This document shows positions 9,940 through 20,277 of a stretch of DNA of 64,000 nucleotides, one piece after another. Source of the stretch: Phycisphaerae bacterium (lineage in GTDB: Bacteria > Planctomycetota > Phycisphaerae > UBA1845); assembly GCA_963666835.2 (NCBI GenBank), contig CAXXGO010000006.1:2112001-2176000 (forward strand), given 5' to 3'. The first letter of the stretch is position 1. The number at the start of each line of letters is the position of its first letter. The notes under the pieces are model-generated. The model had not been told where the DNA came from, ran no database searches, and saw nothing but the letters and a program-made list of their open reading frames with translations. The translations under genes were made by a program, and so were the position numbers.

Positions 9940-11121
9940 ATGGCCGGGGGCCGGGAAACTACGACGCTCGCACCCGGCGGGGCGGGTCCGCTGGGGCGGC
10001 TCTTGTCCAGCGGCTGGCAGTTCGATTTCTTTCAGGCCGTGTGGCTGCTGGAGCGCCATGCGGAGGCGGAAGCGTCGGTAGGGCAGAGGGGGCCGGTGGC
10101 CAAGGAGCCCTTGCGGTTCCGTCCCGACCCGTCTCTGGGCTTTCCCGCAACCGATGTCCGGCAGATCGTAGAGTGCCATAGCCCGGACAGTGAGGACGTC
10201 TACTATCAGGTCGATGTCAACTTCTTAGGGCTTTACGGGACCAGTACGCCGCTGCCGTTGCATTATGCGGTGGACATTCTCCGAGCGGTGGAGCATGCTG
10301 CAGCTTTGCCGGAGCAGGCGGTTGAAACGGCGAGGAGTCTGCTACCTCCGGAGTCGGCGGAAGCGGATTCGGGGACAGCGCCGGCTCGGGATTTTCTGGA
10401 CGTCTTTCATCACCGGCTGTTGTCGCTGTTCTACCGTAGTTGGCTGAAGTACCGGTACGACCGCACGTTCGGTATGCCGCGCCGTGATGATGTTACCGAT
10501 TACCTGCTGTGGCTGATCGGCTGCGCACCGGACTGGGATCGGGACAAGCTTGGCGTTTCGCCCGCGCGGATGCTGCGCTATGCGGGTTCCCTGACACAAC
10601 ATCCCAAATCGGCGGCGGCTCTCGAGGGAATGCTTAACGATTATTGGCCGGATTATATGGTGGAAGTGGAGCAATGCATCGGGCGCTGGGTGACGATTGC
10701 CCCGGACGACCTGAATTCGGCCGGAGTACTCAATAGCGGCATTGGAGTGAATCTGACGGTTGGCGAGCAGGTATACGATCTCAGCGGGTCATTCAATGTG
10801 GTGGTCGGTCCGGTGGATTGGGGCACCTATCTCCTCTTCTTGCCGGACGGGCCTTATTTCGCCGAGACATCGGGCGTCGTGGAACTGTACTGCACGGATC
10901 CACTGGCGTTCACCGTGGAGGTCAAACTGCATTCAGGCGAAGTGCCGGTAATGCGGTTATCGTCCGACGGCGAAGCGGGACAACTGGGTTACACCAGTTG
11001 GCTGCGGACGGACGAACTTCCGGAAACCTCCGTGACGTTTTCTACGAGACCCGGAAGAACCGGGGCGCGCGTACGGGAGCCTTCCGGAGCCGGTGCTCCG
11101 GGGGAGGCTGTAGCGACTTGA
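9940..11121 (+). CDS. tssG: T6SS baseplate subunit TssG
   Basis: FDFFQAVWLLE, FLGLYGTSTPLP and DFLDVFHHRLLSLFYRSW motifs. Confidence 0.95.
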   Translation: MAGGRETTTLAPGGAGPLGRLLSSGWQFDFFQAVWLLERHAEAEASVGQRGPVAKEPLRFRPDPSLGFPATDVRQIVECHSPDSEDVYYQVDVNFLGLYGTSTPLPLHYAVDILRAVEHAAALPEQAVETARSLLPPESAEADSGTAPARDFLDVFHHRLLSLFYRSWLKYRYDRTFGMPRRDDVTDYLLWLIGCAPDWDRDKLGVSPARMLRYAGSLTQHPKSAAALEGMLNDYWPDYMVEVEQCIGRWVTIAPDDLNSAGVLNSGIGVNLTVGEQVYDLSGSFNVVVGPVDWGTYLLFLPDGPYFAETSGVVELYCTDPLAFTVEVKLHSGEVPVMRLSSDGEAGQLGYTSWLRTDELPETSVTFSTRPGRTGARVREPSGAGAPGEAVAT

Positions 11122-11191
11122 ACACTAGACTCCCCTCGCCCTGTCGCGTACGGCGGGGCGGAGTGCGAGTCGCTTAAAGGACGTGGTAAGT

Positions 11192-13888
11192 ATGGCAACA
11201 CCGCCGGCGGAAGACATCCGAGCGCTCATCAGACGCTCCGATGCGAACTGCATCAACTGTTTTCAGGGTGCCACCACCCTTTGCCAGTCGCGAACTCACT
11301 TCGAGATCGCGCCGGAGCATCTGCTGCTGCGCTTGATGGACGATACCAGCGGAGACGTTACGCGGATCTTCGAGACCTTCAAGGTCGATCGGGCGCAGGT
11401 TCGCCGGGCGGTCCAGAAGATCCTCGAGGACGTTCCGGCCGGACATCGCGGCCGGCCCGTGCTCTCCCCCAAGTTGGTGGAGTTGTTCCAGTCTGCGGCG
11501 GTTCTGGCTGACGAATTCGGCTTCGAACAGATCAGACCGGGTCTGCTGATTCTCGCGCTGACGCTTAACCCCGGGCATACTCGAGTCGGCGAGTTCACTC
11601 CGGAACTGGAGCGCATCGACGTCGATCAACTTCGGGACCATTTCCATGAGATAGTCATGGGTTCCGCGTCCACCGCGGGCGGGGCGGAACCGGGACCGGT
11701 CGGTCCGGTGGAGGGTGGAGCTTTAGCCCAGTTCACTGTGGACCTGACCGCCAAGGCCCGGGCGGGGGAGATAGACCCGGTCTTCGGGCGCGATCACGAA
11801 ATCCGCCAGATGATCGACATTTTCGCGCGGCGGCGCAAGAACAACCCCATTCTGGTCGGCGAACCGGGTACCGGAAAGACGGCGATTGTCGAAGGTCTGG
11901 CCCTGCGTATCGTTGAAGGTGACGTTCCCCCGACACTGAAGGACGTGAAGCTCATTGCGTTGGATCTCGGGTTATTGCAGGCCGGGGCCGGGGTGAAGGG
12001 TGAGTTTGAGAACCGGCTGAAGAACGTAATAAAGGAAATCAAGCAAAGCGAGCAGCCGATTGTCACGCTGATCGACGAAGCCCATCAGTTGGTCGGAGCC
12101 GGCGGGGCGGCCGGAGCCGGCGATGCGTCCAACCTGCTCAAGCCGGCCTTGGCTCGCGGCGAGCTGCGTACGGTCGCGGCCACGACTTGGTCGGAGTACA
12201 AGAAGTACTTCGAGAAGGACGCGGCGCTGGAGCGACGGTTCCAACTGGTTCGTTGCGACGAACCCACCGTCGAGAATGCCATCGTCATGTTGCGGGGGCT
12301 CAAGGACAAGTACGAGAAGCACCACAAGGTCGTGGTCCTGGACGAGGCGGTCTCGGCCGCGGTGAAGATCTCCGCCCGGTACATCAGCGGACGGTTCTTG
12401 CCGGACAAGGCCGTCGACCTTCTGGACACTGCTGCTGCTCGCGTCGGCGTTGCGCTGAGCACGCGACCGGCCGGCTTGGAGGACCTCGATCGACGACTCA
12501 ACGGCCTGGAAACGGCTCTTTCCGCGGTGCGCCGGGACGAGACCGGCGGGATCGCGGTGGACGAGACCATGCTGACGGAGATGGAGGAGACTCGCGAGTC
12601 ACTCTTGACTGAGCGCGGGGAGATTGAGAAGCGCTGGCAGGACGAACTCGCTGCCGTCAATCGGGTGATTGAGTTGCGGGCTCAGCTTAAGGGCTTTGCG
12701 GATCCATCGCAGCAAACGGTCGGGGTGGACGAAGAGGCTTCGCCGGAGTCGACCGCGGAAGCGAAGTCAGACGACGCTCCCGCGGATGACGGCGAACTAC
12801 GCGAGCAGCTCACTGAGGCCATGAAGGCGTTGCGCGACCTTCAGGGCGAGACCCCGCTGGTCTTTCCGCATGTGGACGCCGCGGCCGTGGCGGCGGTAGT
12901 ATCGGATTGGACGGGTATTCCGGTGGGCAGCATGGTCCAGGACGAGATTGACGCGGCGCTAAGGATGGAAGACCGTCTGCGGGAGCGCGTCGTGGGGCAG
13001 GACCATGCCCTGTCGATAATCTCCGAGAAGTTACGGATTTCCAAGGCCCACCTCGGCAATCCGGATCAACCGATGGGCGTGTTCCTTTGCGTCGGACCCA
13101 GCGGGGTGGGCAAGACGGAACTGGCGCTGGCCGTGGCCGATCTGCTGTTCGGTGGAGAGCGTTTCCTGACTACGATCAACATGTCGGAGTTCATGGAAGC
13201 GCACACCGTATCACAACTGAAAGGCTCGCCGCCGGGTTACGTGGGCTACGGTGAGGGCGGTGTGTTGACCGAAGCGGTTCGGCAGCACCCCTATTCGGTT
13301 GTGTTGATGGATGAAGTCGAGAAGGCCCACCCGGACGTCATGAACCTCTTCTATCAGGTGTTTGACAAGGGATCGCTGGCGGATGGGGAGGGTCGGATCG
13401 TCAACTTCCGCAACACGGTCATCATCATGACGAGCAATCTCGGCACCGATGTGATCCAGGGAGTCTGCGAGGCAGAGGATGACGTTGATTACCACGATTT
13501 GCGCGAGGCGATCTACCCGCATCTTCGCGAGCATTTCAAGCCGGCGCTGGTGGCGCGGATGACGGTGATCCCGTTCTTGACACTCGGCGAGGAGATCCTC
13601 CGGTCCATTGCGAAGATGAAGCTGGCCAAGGTTACCCGGCGGCTAACGGAGGCTCATGGGATTTCCTTCAGGGTCGAAGATGAGGTTTACGCTCAGATGG
13701 CCGCGCGGTGTAACCAGGTGGATGTCGGGGCCCGGCAGATTGACCATCTGCTAGATCAGACAGTGTTGCCGGAGCTTTCGCGCCGCCTGCTGGAACGCAT
13801 GGGGCAGGAGACGATGCCGGGAGCTATTGTCATGGAAACGGACGAGGCAGGCGATTTCGCCTACCGCTTTGCAGAGAAGGAAACGTAG
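11192..13888 (+). CDS. clpV: T6SS AAA+ ATPase ClpV (TssH)
   Basis: Two AAA modules ([16 protein letters not shown]), [11 protein letters not shown] and [15 protein letters not shown], inside the T6SS cluster. Confidence 0.95.
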   Translation: MATPPAEDIRALIRRSDANCINCFQGATTLCQSRTHFEIAPEHLLLRLMDDTSGDVTRIFETFKVDRAQVRRAVQKILEDVPAGHRGRPVLSPKLVELFQSAAVLADEFGFEQIRPGLLILALTLNPGHTRVGEFTPELERIDVDQLRDHFHEIVMGSASTAGGAEPGPVGPVEGGALAQFTVDLTAKARAGEIDPVFGRDHEIRQMIDIFARRRKNNPILVGEPGTGKTAIVEGLALRIVEGDVPPTLKDVKLIALDLGLLQAGAGVKGEFENRLKNVIKEIKQSEQPIVTLIDEAHQLVGAGGAAGAGDASNLLKPALARGELRTVAATTWSEYKKYFEKDAALERRFQLVRCDEPTVENAIVMLRGLKDKYEKHHKVVVLDEAVSAAVKISARYISGRFLPDKAVDLLDTAAARVGVALSTRPAGLEDLDRRLNGLETALSAVRRDETGGIAVDETMLTEMEETRESLLTERGEIEKRWQDELAAVNRVIELRAQLKGFADPSQQTVGVDEEASPESTAEAKSDDAPADDGELREQLTEAMKALRDLQGETPLVFPHVDAAAVAAVVSDWTGIPVGSMVQDEIDAALRMEDRLRERVVGQDHALSIISEKLRISKAHLGNPDQPMGVFLCVGPSGVGKTELALAVADLLFGGERFLTTINMSEFMEAHTVSQLKGSPPGYVGYGEGGVLTEAVRQHPYSVVLMDEVEKAHPDVMNLFYQVFDKGSLADGEGRIVNFRNTVIIMTSNLGTDVIQGVCEAEDDVDYHDLREAIYPHLREHFKPALVARMTVIPFLTLGEEILRSIAKMKLAKVTRRLTEAHGISFRVEDEVYAQMAARCNQVDVGARQIDHLLDQTVLPELSRRLLERMGQETMPGAIVMETDEAGDFAYRFAEKET

Positions 13889-14010
13889 CCTGCGGTCGGG
13901 CGTAATCTGCGACCGGCACCGGCTGGCTCCGGCGGGTGCCGGGGTGAATCAGGTGTCGTAATGAAGGCGCTATCGCGCCGAGGTGCGCGAGTGCGAGGGA
14001 GCCGGAAGCC

Positions 14011-16443
14011 ATGGCTTTGATACGTGATTTGAGTGAGGCGCAACTGGCCTTTCAGGTGGCCGGCGGTGAGGTCGATCAGTTTTCGGTGAACCGGTACCGG
14101 GGCACGGAGGGGCTCTGCCGGCTATACCGGTTTGAAATAGAGCTGTCGTCTACCGATGAAGCGGTGGTCTTCGATGATATCGTTGGCAAGCCGGCGGTTC
14201 TGAGCATCAATACGGAAAACGGCACACGCTGGTTTCACGGTATTGTAGGCCGCTTCGAGTTGACCGGCGAGACTGCAGACCAGAATTACTACCGGGCGGA
14301 ACTAGTGCCGAGTGTTTGGCTGCTGACGCACCGGTACGGCTCTCGGATCTTTCAGGCTAAGACGGTTGTCGAGATCATCAACGATGTGCTGGTGCAGGCT
14401 GGAATCCCCTCAGACCGTTTCAATCTCGGCGACTTGACGCGAACGTACGCACCGCGCGACTACTGTGTGCAGTATCGCGAGACGGACTACAACTTCATCT
14501 GCCGCCTGATGGAAGAGGAAGGAATCTGGTGGTATTTTCAACAGACTGAGGAGGGGCATACCCTGGTCGCGGCGGACGCCGCCTCCGCCTATGCGCCGAT
14601 CGAAGGCGGAGCCGAGGTGCCGTATCATCCCCCGGCCGGGATGAACGTGGAGACGGAGCACGTCTTTCGTTTTCGGTTGGGGCAATCGGTGCGGCCGGGC
14701 GCGGTCGTTCTTAACGACTTCAACTTTGAGAACCCGGCGCTCGACCTGGAGTCCGCCAGTAACGCGGGGCGGGATCCCGGTCTGGAGTTCAGCGACTATC
14801 CGGGCGAATACGCCGAACAAGGCGCGGGAGGGAGCCTGGCCCAACTCCGCGTCGAAGAGTTCGAAGCCAGCCGTTTCCGCGGCACCGGGCAGAGCAATTC
14901 ATACCGCTTCAGCCCCGGCAAGACCTTTGAACTGGTCGAGCACCCCAGTGAACCGATCAACCGTTCTTACCTGATCACTGCAGTGACCCACGAGGGACGT
15001 CAGTCGGTTTCCCGTACCACCGGTCCGGCGGGCGAGGAGAACGGGCGTGGTGATCGCACGGCGCAGCGTACGAGTACGGAGTGGCTCTTCCATGGCGGAC
15101 AGGTGGCGCGGGATGTACCCAGTGCCGCGGCGGTGTCCGGTGGAGATCCGGTCGGGGCCATGGCACTCCCGAATCAGTTGAATGACGCCCCGGCGCCGGG
15201 CGTTGGAGAGGGTACCCTGTCGGTATACGAGACGTCCTTCGAGTGTATTCCGTCGGAGGTCACCTATCGCCCGCCGCGAATCACGCCCTGGCCCGTAATG
15301 CGCGGAGCCCAGACGGCGCGCGTGGTAGGCCCGGCCGGCGAGGAGATTTACACCGACGAGTATGGCAGGGTGAAGGTCCATTTCAATTGGGATCGCGAAG
15401 GGCCGTTCGGTGAGTCGGATTCGTGCTGGATCCGGGTCAGCCAGGGCATGTCCGGTGGGCAATACGGGATGATGTTCCTGCCACGGGTGGGCCAGGAGGT
15501 GATTGTCGACTTCCTGGAAGGCGATCCCGACAAGCCGATCATCACCGGTCGGGTCTTTAACCAGGACCACATGCCGCCCTATACTCTGCCCGCCGAGAAG
15601 ACCAAGAGTGTCATCAAGACGCAAAGCAGTAAGGGTGGCGGGGGGACCAACGAGATCCGGTTTGAAGACCTTAAGGGTAGTGAGCAGATTCTCATTCACG
15701 GGCAGAAGGACCTGCACATTAACGTCGGGAACGATCGGGTCGAGAACATCGGACACGACCACCATCTGACGGTCAAGGAGAACAAGTTCGAGCTGGTCAA
15801 GAAGGCCAATAACATTGAGGTGAAACTGGACCAGAATGAGAAGATCGGGGGCAAGAAGTCCCTTGATGTCGGCGGGGATGTGGTAGAGAAGTTTGGCGGC
15901 AACCACAAGAGTGAGGTCACTATGACTCAGGCCGTCAAAGCTCTGAGCATCAAGCTGGAAGCTTCTACCGGTATCGAGCTGAAGTGCGGGGGCAGCAGTA
16001 TCGTCTTGACGCCGGCGGCGATTTTCATTGTCGGCGGGCCGCTGGTGAACATCAACAGCGGATCCGGACCGCCCGTTGGTCCGGTCACGGCGACGGCTGC
16101 GGCGCCGGAAGCGCCGGTAGATGCGGACAGCGCCGAGCCCGGTCGCGACGTCACTTACTCCGGCGGCGGACAACTTGTCGAAGGCGATGAAGTTTCAGGC
16201 ATTGCCGGACACACCTTCGAAGGGGAAGAGCCGGAGGAGCCGGAGACGAGCTGGATCGAGATTGAGCTGAAGGACGATCAAGGAAACCCGATACCCTATG
16301 AGCGTTTTGAGGTCAAGCTTCCTAACGGTAGGGTGCGGAGGGGGTCACTGGACCGGAATGGCTTGGCTCATATTGCTTCGCCGCCGGGTGAGTGTGAGAT
16401 TACATTCCCCAACTTAGACCAAGAGGGGTGGGGGCGAGATTGA
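14011..16443 (+). CDS. vgrG: T6SS spike VgrG (TssI) with C-terminal transthyretin-like extension
   Basis: YCVQYRETDYNFICRLMEEEG, TDEYGRVKV, PRVGQEVIVDFLEGDPD and gp5 beta-helix repeats, then a WIEIELKDDQGNP.. domain. Confidence 0.95.
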   Translation: MALIRDLSEAQLAFQVAGGEVDQFSVNRYRGTEGLCRLYRFEIELSSTDEAVVFDDIVGKPAVLSINTENGTRWFHGIVGRFELTGETADQNYYRAELVPSVWLLTHRYGSRIFQAKTVVEIINDVLVQAGIPSDRFNLGDLTRTYAPRDYCVQYRETDYNFICRLMEEEGIWWYFQQTEEGHTLVAADAASAYAPIEGGAEVPYHPPAGMNVETEHVFRFRLGQSVRPGAVVLNDFNFENPALDLESASNAGRDPGLEFSDYPGEYAEQGAGGSLAQLRVEEFEASRFRGTGQSNSYRFSPGKTFELVEHPSEPINRSYLITAVTHEGRQSVSRTTGPAGEENGRGDRTAQRTSTEWLFHGGQVARDVPSAAAVSGGDPVGAMALPNQLNDAPAPGVGEGTLSVYETSFECIPSEVTYRPPRITPWPVMRGAQTARVVGPAGEEIYTDEYGRVKVHFNWDREGPFGESDSCWIRVSQGMSGGQYGMMFLPRVGQEVIVDFLEGDPDKPIITGRVFNQDHMPPYTLPAEKTKSVIKTQSSKGGGGTNEIRFEDLKGSEQILIHGQKDLHINVGNDRVENIGHDHHLTVKENKFELVKKANNIEVKLDQNEKIGGKKSLDVGGDVVEKFGGNHKSEVTMTQAVKALSIKLEASTGIELKCGGSSIVLTPAAIFIVGGPLVNINSGSGPPVGPVTATAAAPEAPVDADSAEPGRDVTYSGGGQLVEGDEVSGIAGHTFEGEEPEEPETSWIEIELKDDQGNPIPYERFEVKLPNGRVRRGSLDRNGLAHIASPPGECEITFPNLDQEGWGRD

Positions 16444-19166
16444 TGTCACAATTCAGATCAGCTATGGATAGAGTATCCTCCGTCGCCGACCAAGCGCGAG
16501 ACGCGGTCTCCGGCGCGCAGCAAGCGGCCCAGCAGCTCGGCGATCAAGTCGAGGGAGGACTCGTTACCGTTCGCGAAGGCGACTGGATCATGCAGTTGGC
16601 GGAGGAATTCGGACTCCCCAACTGGCAGAAGGTCTGGAATGCCCCGGAGAACCAGGAACTGCGGGAAAGGCGTATCCACCCTAATCTTCTGCAGCCCGGA
16701 GATCGGGTTTTCATCCCGTCCCTGCAGCAGAAGACGGACAACGGGGAGACCGAGGTTCGCCACAGATTCACGAAGCCTACCCCGAAGGCGATGATCCGCT
16801 TGGTTATGGAAAACGCGGAGCGCGTTCCCCTGGCCGGTGCCCAATACGTTATGCAGATTCGCGATCAGATCATCACCGGAATGACTGATGCGCAGGGCAA
16901 GATAGAGCACGAAATACCGCTCGGGGTCGAGCGGATCGCCTTGCGCTTCCAGGGGGAGATGGCCGATCGGATCGGATTTCTGCAACAGGGGTTGATCGCG
17001 CCGCAACTCGCCTCCGACTACAACACCATCCGCGCGTTCTTCAAGACTCCGATGGACCCGGAGTACGTGGCCGGTTTGCGTCTGCAAGCCAAGAAACTCG
17101 TCTCCGGGGTTACCGGCATCCTGCAAGGGCAGATCGACGGAGTGGTTGAGAAGGGGGCGGGGCTGCTCGACTACGTCGACGAGCACGCCGGCGAGATTCT
17201 CGGCAAGATCGCCGAGGCCGAGGGCGTCGTTTCCGGGAAGATCGACGAAATTGCCGGACAGGTTTCCGACAAGGCCGGCCAATTGGCCGACAAGGGACGC
17301 GGTTTGCTGGACCAGGCTCAGGGGCAAGTGGACAAGGCCTCCGGAATGGCGGCGGCGTTGGAAGCTCAGGCACGGCAGATGGCGGGCGAGGCAGCCGGCA
17401 AGGCTCAAGGCGTGATTGACGACGTAGTTTCGCGGGCCGATCAGGCCGTCGACCAGTTCGAGGGCCAGGTAAACGCGGCTATGGCCAAGATGATTCAGGC
17501 CGAGCAGCAAGCCCGGGCGAAGATCTCCGAGACGGCCGGCCAGGCCCGCGGGGCGATTGAAGAAGGCGTCCAACGTGGCACCGACGCGGTTCAACAGACC
17601 GAAGCCCGAGTCCAGGCTGCTATTGACGAAGCCCATCGGGCATACGCGGGTACCGTTCAGGAAGGTACCGAACGAGCCCAGGCTGCCGTCGACGAAGCCT
17701 CCCGTGCCGCTCAGGAGTACGTTACCGATTTGGTCGACAGGAATGTCGATCGGGCTCAGAACTGGTTGAATGGCAAGTTGTACGAGGCGCAGCAGCGCCT
17801 TCATGAGGGGATTGGACAAGCTGCCGACGCAGGGCGCGAGGCTTATGGGCAGGCTCGGGCAGCGGCCAACAATGCCGCCGATGCCGTCGAGGCTCAGTCG
17901 CGCAGTTTGTTGGGCGAGTTCGGCCGACTCATGCACGAGGCGACGGACAACCTCGGGGAGCAGGCCAAGAAGCTGGCTCGTGATCTCGGCATCCCCGCCG
18001 ACGGCGTTATCGACGGACTTATGCAGGAAGGTCATCGTCTGATCCAGGATGGCGAGCAGCAGGGTCAGGAGTTGATCACCAAAGGCCGCAGCCGCGCCGA
18101 GGACGGCATGCAGCAGGTCGATCAGCAGGTCGAGACGGGTATTTCCCAGGCCGAGGAGGAAGTGACAACCGCTGTCGATCAGGAGGTCGATCGCGCTTAC
18201 GCCCAGATCGATCAGTGCTCCCGGGAAGCCAAGCAGGCTTCCGAGGAGGCTCGCCAGCAGATTGTCGATACCGCCGGGCAGGTGAAGGACGGGATAGGGC
18301 AAGCCGGTCAGGCTGCCCAGGATGCCGGGCAGCAAGTTGCTGATGCCGCGTCGCAAGCAACGCAACAGGCTTCGCAGGCCGTTCAAGGAGGTATGCAGCA
18401 GGCCGGGCAGGCCGCCACCAATGCGGTCGGCCAAGCGGAGTCGGCCGCCCAGGGCGCGGTGGATCAAGCCGCGGCGATGCGCGACCAGATGCACGGGAAG
18501 GTGCAGGATGGTATCGGACAAGTTCGCGAGGGGATCGGGCAGGCCCAGGAGCAGGCCCAAGCTTACGTTGAAGCGGCGAAGCAGGCCGTGGAGGGCGGTA
18601 TTGGAAAGGTCGGCGAGATGCGCCGGGAGCTGGCCGCTCGCGCCGGCGAGGCGATCTCGCGCGGGCGCGAAGCAGTCGATGAAGCTGAGAAACAAGCCCA
18701 GGCGGCTGTCGAGAAGGGTAGGCAGGCGGCTCAGGACGCTGTCGGGAAGGTGACGGAGGCACGCGAAAAAGCTACTGAGATGCTCTCGGATGCCACGGGA
18801 CGTGCCCGCAGGGCAATCACTGACACGGCCATGCAAGCCCAGGAGGCCGTTGCTGACGCGGGAGCGCAGGTTACCCAGGCGTTCGACATCTTCAACGATG
18901 CGGATCTTGGGCAGTTGCTTCCCAATCCGGAGGATCTGCTCGAGCAGATTCCGCTGAATATCGGTCACCTCGATCCGGGCAATGAACTTAGCGGGGTGAT
19001 CGGGCGGTTGGACAATCTCGGCTTCGACGCCGGGCCGGCCCATGCGTTTATGGGCCAAGCTACTCGCGAAGCTATCCGGCGGTTCCAGCATGTGGAAGGA
19101 CTGGTGACCAGCGGCGAGATTGATGCCGGCACTCTGGGGAGACTCATAGAACGGCACGGCTGCTGA
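16443..19166 (+). CDS. LysM-like + TTR-like + long 11-residue helical repeat + C-terminal peptidoglycan-binding protein
   Basis: ATG overlaps the vgrG stop (TGATG). LysM-like VTVREGD..LAEEFG..N..PNLLQPGDRVFIP and PG_binding_1-like RLDNLGF..TREAIRRFQ..GL..SGEID..TL. Confidence 0.8.
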   Translation: MSQFRSAMDRVSSVADQARDAVSGAQQAAQQLGDQVEGGLVTVREGDWIMQLAEEFGLPNWQKVWNAPENQELRERRIHPNLLQPGDRVFIPSLQQKTDNGETEVRHRFTKPTPKAMIRLVMENAERVPLAGAQYVMQIRDQIITGMTDAQGKIEHEIPLGVERIALRFQGEMADRIGFLQQGLIAPQLASDYNTIRAFFKTPMDPEYVAGLRLQAKKLVSGVTGILQGQIDGVVEKGAGLLDYVDEHAGEILGKIAEAEGVVSGKIDEIAGQVSDKAGQLADKGRGLLDQAQGQVDKASGMAAALEAQARQMAGEAAGKAQGVIDDVVSRADQAVDQFEGQVNAAMAKMIQAEQQARAKISETAGQARGAIEEGVQRGTDAVQQTEARVQAAIDEAHRAYAGTVQEGTERAQAAVDEASRAAQEYVTDLVDRNVDRAQNWLNGKLYEAQQRLHEGIGQAADAGREAYGQARAAANNAADAVEAQSRSLLGEFGRLMHEATDNLGEQAKKLARDLGIPADGVIDGLMQEGHRLIQDGEQQGQELITKGRSRAEDGMQQVDQQVETGISQAEEEVTTAVDQEVDRAYAQIDQCSREAKQASEEARQQIVDTAGQVKDGIGQAGQAAQDAGQQVADAASQATQQASQAVQGGMQQAGQAATNAVGQAESAAQGAVDQAAAMRDQMHGKVQDGIGQVREGIGQAQEQAQAYVEAAKQAVEGGIGKVGEMRRELAARAGEAISRGREAVDEAEKQAQAAVEKGRQAAQDAVGKVTEAREKATEMLSDATGRARRAITDTAMQAQEAVADAGAQVTQAFDIFNDADLGQLLPNPEDLLEQIPLNIGHLDPGNELSGVIGRLDNLGFDAGPAHAFMGQATREAIRRFQHVEGLVTSGEIDAGTLGRLIERHGC

Positions 19167-19167
19167 T

Positions 19168-19192
19168 GGGCAGGCTGGAAGCCTGCGTTACG
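19168..19192. repeat. REP-like palindrome
   Basis: GGGCAGGCTGGAAGCCTGCGTTACG. A near-identical reverse-complement copy lies at 34230-34252. Confidence 0.65.
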
Positions 19193-19287
19193 GGTGTTGA
19201 TTAGCGGCGTGGCAGTGGTCTTTGAGAAGGACATCGGGCGAATGATGGCGGGGACCTGCGACCGCCCCGTGCGAAGGAGCATTTGAT

Positions 19288-20178
19288 ATGCCCCCGGCAG
19301 CGAGAGTTACTGATATGCACACGTGCCCGATGGTGACGGGTGTGGTGCCGCACGTGGGCGGGCCGATACTCCCGCCGGGACATCCCACCACCATGATCGG
19401 GTTCATGCCGGCCGCCAGGGTCGGCGATATGCTAACCTGCGCCGGTCCGCCGGACACGATCGTCAGAGGGTCGCCGACGGTGCTGATTGGGAACATGCCG
19501 GCGGCCAGAATGGGCGACAACACCGCGCACGGCGGAGTCATTGTTGTCGGACACCCTACCACGATGATCGGCGATGCCGGTAGCGGTGGCGGCGGCGGTG
19601 GCGGGGGTGGTGGCCTCGGCGGCGGCGGAGCCGGGTCCGGAGACGGTCGGGTGCTCTCCGGCCCGGATGAGCAGCTTCGCCAGGAGGTTGTCGAAGCGGG
19701 CAGCATCAGCGGTCCGGCGATTGTCAGCGGGGTCAGTGAAGATCAGGTTGGTCCGCTTGAGCCGGACGAATCGACACAGGATCCGACGTGGATCGCGGTT
19801 ACCGTTCAGGACTTCGATGGCACCGCTATTGCGAACCAGGACGTGACCATCACGCTGGACGACGGTCAGGTCCGGTCCGGTCGCACCGATGAAGAGGGCC
19901 GCGTCAGGTTTGAAGACGTCCACCCGGACCAGGGGCAAGCATCTATCAGTGGCATCTCGGACGAGCAGGAACACGAGGCGGAGCAGCGCGACGAACCCTC
20001 GGACAGTGGTGAAGAGCGGACGCAAACGCAAGGACGGACCGCGGGCCGGCCGCCGGATCGGCCGACGCCCGAGGATGACGCTCCGTCTGACGAGGAGCTG
20101 CTCGCGCAGTTCCCGGCTGACCTTGAGTGGTTCGAAGACGACGAGGAGAACGAAGATCAGGCGGAACAACCGACGTGA
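19288..20178 (+). CDS. PAAR domain protein with Gly linker, TTR-like domain and acidic tail
   Basis: Three PAAR motifs (PPAARVTD, MPAARVGD, MPAARMGD) and His/Cys Zn ligands. AAGGAG RBS. Confidence 0.92.
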   Translation: MPPAARVTDMHTCPMVTGVVPHVGGPILPPGHPTTMIGFMPAARVGDMLTCAGPPDTIVRGSPTVLIGNMPAARMGDNTAHGGVIVVGHPTTMIGDAGSGGGGGGGGGGLGGGGAGSGDGRVLSGPDEQLRQEVVEAGSISGPAIVSGVSEDQVGPLEPDESTQDPTWIAVTVQDFDGTAIANQDVTITLDDGQVRSGRTDEEGRVRFEDVHPDQGQASISGISDEQEHEAEQRDEPSDSGEERTQTQGRTAGRPPDRPTPEDDAPSDEELLAQFPADLEWFEDDEENEDQAEQPT

Positions 20179-20277
20179 TGACTCTTACGTGTCACCAGCC
20201 GCGGAGTTGAAGGGGATTGATGACCGGCGCGATGATGAAGAGCTTGAGTCTGATTGTGCCGGGCGGAGTTTCTGGCG

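Noticed and set aside
16458..19157. 899-aa antisense ORF opposite the repeat protein
   Set aside because: Shadow frame of a GC-rich Ala/Gln/Gly gene. The plus strand has recognisable domains and operon coupling.
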